NCBI GenBank assembly: GCA_029210125.1
Contig: JARGPR010000002.1
Span: 18,919-82,918, forward strand
DNA from: Pseudomonadales bacterium
GTDB taxonomy: Bacteria; Pseudomonadota; Gammaproteobacteria; Pseudomonadales; JAHRWD01
Direction of reading: 5' to 3'
Length of the DNA: 64,000 nucleotides
Shown here: positions 29,140 through 36,610 of the stretch, in pieces
Layout of the letters: each line of letters starts with the position of its first letter
How positions within the stretch are numbered: the stretch's first letter is position 1
Program-made: the position numbers and the translations under genes
The notes under the pieces: generated by a model
Database searches by the model: none
What the model saw: only the letters and a program-made list of their open reading frames with translations
Told to the model about the DNA's origin: nothing

Positions 29140-30350
29140 AAATAAAAAAAAATTCCTTTAATACCATCCTTATTGTTGACGACATCAGCTCAAATCGAGT
29201 GCTGTTAAGAAAGATGCTGACACACTTGGGTTTCGAAACCATTGAGGCTACCAACGGCCAGGAAGCCATCGAACTATTTAGGACTTCTTCACCGGATCTA
29301 ATATTAATGGATATTAATATGCCGGTTATGAATGGTTATGAAGCATCAACGGCAATCAAAGCGATGGCCGGTGAAAATCACGTACCGATCATTTTTGTAA
29401 CAGCCCTGTCAGCCAACCTGTCGTTAACAGAGGCACTACAATCCGGTGGCGATGACTACGTAAACAAACCCATAGATCTCCGTATTCTCGAGTCAAAGAT
29501 CGCCGCACATCTAAGAATTCGGGAACTCAATCAGAAAATACTAAACCACAATCAAGAGTTGCTATACGAACAGGAGACCATCGAGCATTTCTTCAATAAA
29601 GCACTTAGCCAAAGTCACCTTGATCCACGCTATATTAATTACCATTTATCCCCGATGTCGGCATTTAATGGTGATATTTTACTGGCCGAAAAAGGTCCAA
29701 ACGGAAGCCTCTATCTTATGCTTGGGGACTTTACTGGGCATGGGCTGAGAGCGGCAATGGGAACCCTGCCGGTAACACAAACTTTTTTTCCTCTCGCGCA
29801 GCAAGGCACATCTATTGGGGATATCGCAGCGCAACTCAATCAACAATTGCTGGACGTAATGCCAGTGGATATGTTTTGTGCGGCGACCCTGGTTGAGTTA
29901 GATCAAACTGGAAAGCGTCTCACCATCTGGGCTGGAGGTATGCCTGATCTATACTGGGTTGACCCAACTGGCGAACTTAAAGGAACCATTCATTCACAGC
30001 ATATGCCGCTAGGTATCTTACCTGATCAGCAATTCAACCGAAGCAGCGAAACTCTGTTCCCGGAAGAAGGTGATCAGCTCTACCTCTACAGTGACGGGAT
30101 CATAGAGGCTGGTGTTCTTGATGGTAAACCCTATGGCGAATCACGCCTCAAAGATCAACTAACGAGCCCCAAACAGAATCGCTTTGAACGGGTTCTGACG
30201 GATATAAGTGCTTTTCGCGACGGCCGTGAGCAGGAAGATGATATTACACTCGTCGAACTTACCTGTGATGCCCGGACGGCTCCCCCTCGCATTGACGGTA
30301 CTACTACAGATACGATTGATAGTGAAAATAGTACGATCCCTATCAGTTAG
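29136..30350 (+). CDS. response regulator fused to a PP2C/SpoIIE phosphatase (RsbU/HsbR-like, no kinase domain)
   Basis: REC ('ILIVDDIS', 'LILMDINMPVMNG', 'YVNKPI') followed by PP2C ('FNGDILLA', 'LMLGDFTGHGLRAAMG', 'LYSDGIIEA', 'DDITLVEL'). ATGA overlap with the STAS gene. Confidence 0.9.
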   Translation: MKIKKNSFNTILIVDDISSNRVLLRKMLTHLGFETIEATNGQEAIELFRTSSPDLILMDINMPVMNGYEASTAIKAMAGENHVPIIFVTALSANLSLTEALQSGGDDYVNKPIDLRILESKIAAHLRIRELNQKILNHNQELLYEQETIEHFFNKALSQSHLDPRYINYHLSPMSAFNGDILLAEKGPNGSLYLMLGDFTGHGLRAAMGTLPVTQTFFPLAQQGTSIGDIAAQLNQQLLDVMPVDMFCAATLVELDQTGKRLTIWAGGMPDLYWVDPTGELKGTIHSQHMPLGILPDQQFNRSSETLFPEEGDQLYLYSDGIIEAGVLDGKPYGESRLKDQLTSPKQNRFERVLTDISAFRDGREQEDDITLVELTCDARTAPPRIDGTTTDTIDSENSTIPIS

Positions 30351-30448
30351 AAACTGTACTCGACACCAGTAGATCTCTCACCTATTCTTTATCTATTACA
30401 GGGATACAATAGCTGTTGTAAAAACCGAAACAACCGAGAATTTATTGC

Positions 30449-31342
30449 ATGTCTCTACAAAAAAAAATCGGGGCTATTATTTGCGCAGTTCTGCCACTAG
30501 CCACTTTTCCGTTGTTTGCGGATGAGCCGAGAAATTGTTACGTCAAGGACGGAGAAATCATCTGCCAAACCACGGTAGATCCATTTTCAACCCTCGAACC
30601 CGCCGAAAAAGCACAAGTAGTGTATCGTGAATTAGGTGACCGTAACGGTGCAACGATGGGGTTTGGCGGCAGTGGTTATGTTGATGGCCAATCAATGCTC
30701 ACCGCGACTATCAAAAAAAACGGTACCACCCTTCAGCGCCAGGTTAAGATGCGGTTTCTGGAAAGGGATAACGAGCAGGACAAGCGGATTATTGTCATCA
30801 ACAATCCAAAAGAGGCAAAAGGAACCGCCCTGCTAACGATATCAAACCAAAATGGATTGGATGATCAGTGGATCTATTCGCCGGAAAACAAACAGGTTAA
30901 GCGGGTTGCCCGCAATAACTCCGGCAGTTCGTTTGCGGGCACGGAAGTCTTTTTTGAAGACCTGAGCTTACAAAGCTTAAGCAAGTACAATTTTGAATAC
31001 CTTCGCAAGGAAACCCTGGGCGGGCGTGAAGTGCATGTTATCGCACGCTACCCAAAGGATCAGTACTCTGCTTATAACAAGCTGCTAACCTGGGTTGATA
31101 CTGAGCACTATTATCCGGTCAAAATCGTGTATTACGACAAAAAAGATCAGCTACTGAAAACCCTTATAGCGACCGACTACAAGTTATATAACAAAAAGTT
31201 CTGGCGCGCCGGCACCATGAATATCGTCAATCATCAAAACAGCACTGAAACACAGCTGGATTGGTCTGACTATCAGTTCAATATTGGTTTATCCGAGCAA
31301 AACTTCAGCCTTAACAGCTTGCAGAGAGCCAGAAATTTTTAA
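30449..31342 (+). CDS. LolA-like outer-membrane lipoprotein-sorting family protein
   Basis: Signal peptide. 'DDQWIYSPENKQVKRVARNNSGSSFAGTEVFFEDL' and 'FWRAGTMNIVNHQNSTETQLDW' match the pattern of the LolA_like family. Confidence 0.7.
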   Translation: MSLQKKIGAIICAVLPLATFPLFADEPRNCYVKDGEIICQTTVDPFSTLEPAEKAQVVYRELGDRNGATMGFGGSGYVDGQSMLTATIKKNGTTLQRQVKMRFLERDNEQDKRIIVINNPKEAKGTALLTISNQNGLDDQWIYSPENKQVKRVARNNSGSSFAGTEVFFEDLSLQSLSKYNFEYLRKETLGGREVHVIARYPKDQYSAYNKLLTWVDTEHYYPVKIVYYDKKDQLLKTLIATDYKLYNKKFWRAGTMNIVNHQNSTETQLDWSDYQFNIGLSEQNFSLNSLQRARNF

Positions 31343-31402
31343 CTGCAATACCGATTGAATTTGAGCAACGGCCATGGGTAGGTGGGATGATCAACCCAAA
31401 TC

Positions 31403-32773
31403 ATGATAGAAAAATCTGATGATCGCTATATCGTTTTCGACGGTAACCTACTACCTGGTATAAGCAAAACTGAAGCACTTGCTCAACTCCAATTACTCAC
31501 AGGCTTAAGTGAAGAGGAGCTGATCGAAGACGTATTTTCCGTTAAACCCGTCATTCTAAAAAAAACCTCGGAACCTGAACTTGCAGAACACTTTGCAGCA
31601 AGCTTTAAACAAGCAGGGTTGCAGGTAACGGCACAGCCCCACTCCCACACGCTGGAATCAGTGATAGAGGTCGACCTTCCATTCGCCTATACGCAGAATT
31701 CATCTGCTGAATCGAAATTAGAAACCAATCTTAAAAAAATATCTCTGGCCACCAGCCCGGGAGCCTCACGTAAGACCGTTGAAGGAAGTGGCTACCGGCT
31801 GATATTCGATGGCGAATGTTTAGAAAACATGGAATTGGAGGTTGTATTCAATAATCTCCAACACCTAACCTGCGCATCCAGGCAACAGGTTCAAGAGGAA
31901 CTATTTTCAGTTAAACCTTTGATCATTATTGAATCTAGTGATATCGAGGTCATTGATGAATATAAGCACGCTTACACTCAAGCGGGTTTAAGGCTACGCC
32001 AGGAAAACCCAACACCAAACCCTATCGAGTTATTTAATACCCGGCTTCGTATTCGCCACGACAAACCCGAAAAGAACCTTCGAAAGCCCTCCTACTTTAC
32101 GACCTTTGGACTCGTGTTACTGGTTGGGCTAGGATCCATGGGCTGGATACGTGCTCAAAACCAATGGATAAGCCCTTTCGCGATAAAACCCGCCGTCAAA
32201 ACAATATCGGTTAATCTCGACAACCGATCAAAAAAACAAACTATTTCAAATGAACCTGTACCGCCAAAGGTAGCATCAACTACACCTCCAGCCGTTACCT
32301 CTCCACCTGTACCCGTTCCAGAAAAGGTTCGAAAAAAACCAGTAGCGCCTATGCCTCCGGAACCCCCTAAAAAGGCCACAGCTGAAAAGCCAACAGAAAA
32401 ACCCACAGATCATCCTCCACAGCAAACCGTTGCCGAAAAAGAGCAACAACTGCAGAGGATGCAAACACAACGGGAGCAATACTCGAATCGATTGAGACTA
32501 TGGCTAGCGCAACAACAAAACTCCGCACCATCAATTAATCAAGCTGGTATGCAGGGCAAGGTAAAGCTATTGATCAAAATCGCCCGTAGCGGCGCCATTA
32601 TCAATGCAAAGGTACTCTCGATCTCAGGACCCACCGAACTAAAAAAAATCGCAATCAGTGATGCGCAAAACGCCAGCCCTTATCCCAAAATACCGCAATA
32701 CCTTCAAGGCCAAAGCTTCGCTCTTGAGGTCACCATTCGTTATCAATCATCAACAAATACAGCAGGTAACTAA
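31403..32773 (+). CDS. TonB-C-like single-pass protein with a duplicated cytoplasmic N-terminal domain
   Basis: Two ~70-aa repeats ('YIVFDGNLL...FSVKPVIL...KQAGLQV' and 'YRLIFDGECL...FSVKPLII...TQAGLRL'), TM 'YFTTFGLVLLVGLGSMGWI', a Pro/Lys-rich linker and a TonB_C-like end 'GKVKLLIKIARSGAIINAKVLSISG...ASPYPKIP'. Confidence 0.6.
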   Translation: MIEKSDDRYIVFDGNLLPGISKTEALAQLQLLTGLSEEELIEDVFSVKPVILKKTSEPELAEHFAASFKQAGLQVTAQPHSHTLESVIEVDLPFAYTQNSSAESKLETNLKKISLATSPGASRKTVEGSGYRLIFDGECLENMELEVVFNNLQHLTCASRQQVQEELFSVKPLIIIESSDIEVIDEYKHAYTQAGLRLRQENPTPNPIELFNTRLRIRHDKPEKNLRKPSYFTTFGLVLLVGLGSMGWIRAQNQWISPFAIKPAVKTISVNLDNRSKKQTISNEPVPPKVASTTPPAVTSPPVPVPEKVRKKPVAPMPPEPPKKATAEKPTEKPTDHPPQQTVAEKEQQLQRMQTQREQYSNRLRLWLAQQQNSAPSINQAGMQGKVKLLIKIARSGAIINAKVLSISGPTELKKIAISDAQNASPYPKIPQYLQGQSFALEVTIRYQSSTNTAGN

Positions 32774-33770
32774 TATCTATTCGCAATTAAAGGTTGTAGC
32801 CGCACTCACATTACTGCTGCTTTCAGAACCGGCCCTCAGCCAGTGGTATGCCTATCAACAGGCCATAATGGGCACATCTGTCAGGGTTGAGGTATGGCAT
32901 GAAAACAAAAAACAGGCTGACTCAGCCAGCAACGAAGTATTTGACGAAATGCGACGCATTGAACGCGTTATGAGTCCACTAATGACCGGCAGTGAACTGA
33001 GTAAAATCAATCTTATTGCAGCAGCAGGTCCAGTCCATATTTCCGTTGAGCTTTACCAACTACTGCGAATATCGAAACAGATCTCCGACATGAGCGGCGG
33101 TATATTTGATGTCAGCTTTTCCTCACTGGGCTATCTATATGACTTTAGGAAAGGCAAAAAACCTAGCGACCAGCAAATTGATCAATTAGTGGGAAAAATC
33201 GATTATAGGGCCATTATTCTCGACAACAAAACTCAAACTGTATCCTTTGCTCATACCGGTATGAAATTGGACCTGGGCGGCATTGCCAAGGGGTATGCGG
33301 TGGACAGGAGCATAGAAATATTAGATGAACAAGGCATTCGGCATGCCATTGTCACCGCAGGGGGTGACAGCCGCGTGCTTGGAGACCATAGAGGCAGAGA
33401 CTGGATGGTCGGTATCCAGGCACCAAGGAATCGAATCAAAGTGGCTACGGCCGTTCCACTTTCAGATGCTGCAATCTCCACCTCCGGTGATTACGAACGA
33501 TTTTTTATCGAGAAAGGTGTTCGTTTTCACCACATTATCAATCCAAAAACGGGTGATTCTGCCCGCTCACTGCAAAGTGCGTCTGTTATTGGCCCGAAAG
33601 CAACGATGACCGATGCGCTCTCCACCACTGTGTTTATATTGGGAGTAAAGCAAGGGATTGCGCTAATCGAAACGCTTGAGGGTTACGATGCCATATTGAT
33701 CGATCAAAATTCAAAAATGCATTTCAGTTCAGGGCTACAGTCAGCTTTTAGCTCACCCTCATCGAACTAA
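32658..33770 (+). CDS. apbE: FAD:protein FMN transferase ApbE (start uncertain)
   Basis: 'MGTSVRVEVW', 'LDLGGIAKGYAVD', 'AISTSGDYERFF' and 'HHIINPKTG' motifs. The only upstream ATG (32658) overlaps the preceding gene by 116 nt. Confidence 0.8.
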   Translation: MMRKTPALIPKYRNTFKAKASLLRSPFVINHQQIQQVTNIYSQLKVVAALTLLLLSEPALSQWYAYQQAIMGTSVRVEVWHENKKQADSASNEVFDEMRRIERVMSPLMTGSELSKINLIAAAGPVHISVELYQLLRISKQISDMSGGIFDVSFSSLGYLYDFRKGKKPSDQQIDQLVGKIDYRAIILDNKTQTVSFAHTGMKLDLGGIAKGYAVDRSIEILDEQGIRHAIVTAGGDSRVLGDHRGRDWMVGIQAPRNRIKVATAVPLSDAAISTSGDYERFFIEKGVRFHHIINPKTGDSARSLQSASVIGPKATMTDALSTTVFILGVKQGIALIETLEGYDAILIDQNSKMHFSSGLQSAFSSPSSN

Positions 33771-33889
33771 CAGTAAATATTAAGAATCCATCACATTAAT
33801 CACGATAAAACACTCCAAAAACCTCAACGCTAGCTAAAATTAACTGAGAATCTGCGCAATATATTGTTAATAACCCTTTCACGGGTGCT

Positions 33890-34495
33890 ATGAGGGATTT
33901 TCAAGTGACATTATCTGAATCGTACCGGTTGTGCTCAAAGCTGGTTTTGATGCTATGCCTTGCCGCTGGGCCGGCCTTTTCCTCGCCGAATCCCGAACCA
34001 TCGTCAGATTCCGGAGTTGATGCAGTCAACATAACTCCAGCAGCAATGGCGGAGCAGCCCCTTGCAGTTCAGATTGAATCCCTAAAAAAACAGTTAATCA
34101 AATTGAACCGTGATCTCTTCATTCTGGAGGAGGAACTGTTATTCCCCGCCAGCACCCAGGTTTCGGTGTTGCTTGCTGTTGATGCGGACAAAACCTTCAG
34201 CCTTGACTCGGTCAAACTCAAGATTGATGACGAGGTTGTAACCCAATATTTGTATACGAAACGCCAAATGCATGCTTTGCAACGCGGAGGCGTACAACGA
34301 CTGTACATGGGAAACCTTCGCGCAGGAGAACATGAAGTAACCGCTGTATTTATTGGGTACGGTCCCGACCAACGAGAGTATAAAAGAGCGGCGACACTCA
34401 CCTTCACTAAAGAAACTGGTCAGAAAACGATTGAATTGAAAATCTCTGCCTCCGAAGGTAGCTATCAACCTGAATTTTCAGTCATCGAGTCTTAG
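33890..34495 (+). CDS. exported hypothetical protein, first gene of the Ton/Tol-type operon
   Basis: Signal peptide 'LVLMLCLAAGPAFS', a short coiled coil, then a beta-rich C-terminal half. No recognisable family. Confidence 0.6.
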   Translation: MRDFQVTLSESYRLCSKLVLMLCLAAGPAFSSPNPEPSSDSGVDAVNITPAAMAEQPLAVQIESLKKQLIKLNRDLFILEEELLFPASTQVSVLLAVDADKTFSLDSVKLKIDDEVVTQYLYTKRQMHALQRGGVQRLYMGNLRAGEHEVTAVFIGYGPDQREYKRAATLTFTKETGQKTIELKISASEGSYQPEFSVIES

Positions 34496-34522
34496 GATAC
34501 TTCGGTAAGCAGTGACGACACC

Positions 34523-36610
34523 ATGACCTCGCCTTGTACTTCAACCTACTATTGGGCCAGACAGGCTCGTGCCTTGTTATGCCTGGTTTTGGCTCTATTT
34601 GTGCCACAAACCTGGGGCCTTGACTACATAACGCCTCAGCTTCAAGAATCAGCCATCGATCAAAATACGCTTCAGGAAACCAACAACTCAACCCAAAAAC
34701 TGCAACAGGCTTTTGGCATCGCTCTTTATGAGTTCCAGCAGGGTAACTATTTTCAGGCATTAGTAGAGATCAGTGCCGCTAACCTTCGACACCCAGTCAA
34801 TCCGAGCGATGCTAATACCAGCCAACAAGCAATGAAAACCCTTGAAGCCGGCATCATGCTGTCATACGGAATGCAGAATCACGCCAGGGATCTAATCAGT
34901 AACGTAGCCACAAAAACCTTAGGAGGTCCCCAGCAGGATCTGGCATGGTTCTATCTTGCGCAGCTTTATACAAACAAACAGGATTGGCCGCAGGCTTACC
35001 AAACCATGCAAAAAATTGGCGATCAACTACCGCCTACGCTGCACAAAAAACTAGACCAACTAAAAGCCAATATCTACATCAATAATGGCCAGATTGCCGA
35101 AGCTCAACAGCTTCTCAAAAAAAACCAGGACCCTGTATTAGGCGCGTACACCTCTTTTAATTTGGCTGCGGCAGAGCAAAAGAAACAAAATGGCAACGCT
35201 GCGTTATCGCATCTCAACAATATCATAGGGTTACCAGGCACCCAGCTGGATGTTCGATTACTTAAGGACCGCGCCCATCTTGCAGCCGCTCAATTGTATG
35301 CATCAGAACAAAATTACCCACAGGCTTTTGAGCACTTCAACCAAATCAAGATCGACAGCCCCTACTCCAGCGAAGCGCTATTTGGACAAGGGTGGGCTGC
35401 GTACCACACCGACAAACCTAGTCAGGCTCTGGCCTCCTGGAACTTGTTGCAAACCAACTACGCTTTCCACCCCCAGTCTCAAAAAACTCAAATCGCAATT
35501 CCATTTGTATATCTATCCATGGACTACCCGGACACAGCACTGCAAAAATACAGGCAGGCTGTGACCTACTATGATGAGCTGATGACTCAACTTGAGGGAG
35601 CGAAAGCTAATACCCACAACCAACACATGTTTGGTTTTATGAATAAATTTCGGACAGGTGAAGTAACCGATTGGCATTTGGAACCGGTTGAGTTTCCTGT
35701 CACCCCTGAAACCGCGCTGGTGGGCAACCTACTGGAACAACAAAATATACATGAAGAGCTCACCGCTTTAGCTGAGCTTTATCAACTGAGTTACGCAGTA
35801 AAGAAACGTCGCAACGATCTAATCTCATTTAGCTACCTGATAGAAAACAACGACCGCAATCACAAGGAAAAAGCACCGTTAATATCCGCTGAGGCTAAAA
35901 AACTACAACGCTCAAACGCTCTAATTCAAGCAAAAAACCTAAGAAAACAAATCACCAAAATCAGAAGTGATCATTCAGTTTTTTCATTGATGAATACGGA
36001 TGAGCGTGATTACGCCAAACGCATCCAACGATCCACTGAAACGCTTTCGCTAATTGATGATGTAGACAAAAAAAATGGATATGAGCGGCGCATTAAGCGA
36101 GTGGATGGAATTTTGCTGTGGAACCTTACCGAAGCATATTCAGAACGCATATGGAATGCTCAAAAAGGGCTAAAAGCAATCGAAAAATCAATAGCTTCTT
36201 CACAAAAGATACAGGGAAAACTTGAAGCCATTCTTACTCAGCATTTGACTAAGTCCGGCCCCATAACCGATAAAGTCGCTTTATTTGAACAACAACTCCA
36301 ACAGACCGCAGATAAAACCAAATACCTGATCGAACAACAGGAGCAAAAAATTCAGACTATGTTCATGCTGGCTCTTAACCAAAAACAGGAAGAAATTCGT
36401 AACTACCTGGTACACAGTCATCTCGCTATTGCGCGACTTACCGATAAGCCAAAACCAATAGCCAGTTCTAGCTCAATTTCGGATACTATCGATGATAAAA
36501 ATAGTGCTGAACCGCCTACGTCTGGAGAATTCAACCCGGTAACAAGCGCTACTAGCACAGAGCTATCACCGATGTCTGGAGCCTCGTCTACTAAGGGTTC
36601 GTTACCATGA
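34523..36610 (+). CDS. exported TPR plus coiled-coil protein
   Basis: 695 aa. Signal peptide 'LLCLVLALFVPQTWG', TPR-like helical repeats in the N-terminal half and a long coiled coil in the C-terminal half. Confidence 0.7.
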   Translation: MTSPCTSTYYWARQARALLCLVLALFVPQTWGLDYITPQLQESAIDQNTLQETNNSTQKLQQAFGIALYEFQQGNYFQALVEISAANLRHPVNPSDANTSQQAMKTLEAGIMLSYGMQNHARDLISNVATKTLGGPQQDLAWFYLAQLYTNKQDWPQAYQTMQKIGDQLPPTLHKKLDQLKANIYINNGQIAEAQQLLKKNQDPVLGAYTSFNLAAAEQKKQNGNAALSHLNNIIGLPGTQLDVRLLKDRAHLAAAQLYASEQNYPQAFEHFNQIKIDSPYSSEALFGQGWAAYHTDKPSQALASWNLLQTNYAFHPQSQKTQIAIPFVYLSMDYPDTALQKYRQAVTYYDELMTQLEGAKANTHNQHMFGFMNKFRTGEVTDWHLEPVEFPVTPETALVGNLLEQQNIHEELTALAELYQLSYAVKKRRNDLISFSYLIENNDRNHKEKAPLISAEAKKLQRSNALIQAKNLRKQITKIRSDHSVFSLMNTDERDYAKRIQRSTETLSLIDDVDKKNGYERRIKRVDGILLWNLTEAYSERIWNAQKGLKAIEKSIASSQKIQGKLEAILTQHLTKSGPITDKVALFEQQLQQTADKTKYLIEQQEQKIQTMFMLALNQKQEEIRNYLVHSHLAIARLTDKPKPIASSSSISDTIDDKNSAEPPTSGEFNPVTSATSTELSPMSGASSTKGSLP

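Noticed and set aside
36572-36592. An 'MSGASS' motif at the C-terminus of the 695-aa TPR protein was considered as a possible ApbE flavinylation site ([ST]GA[ST]).
   Set aside because: It lacks the upstream Asp of the Dxx[ST]GA[ST] motif and is not in an FMN-binding-domain context. A four-residue match is expected by chance.
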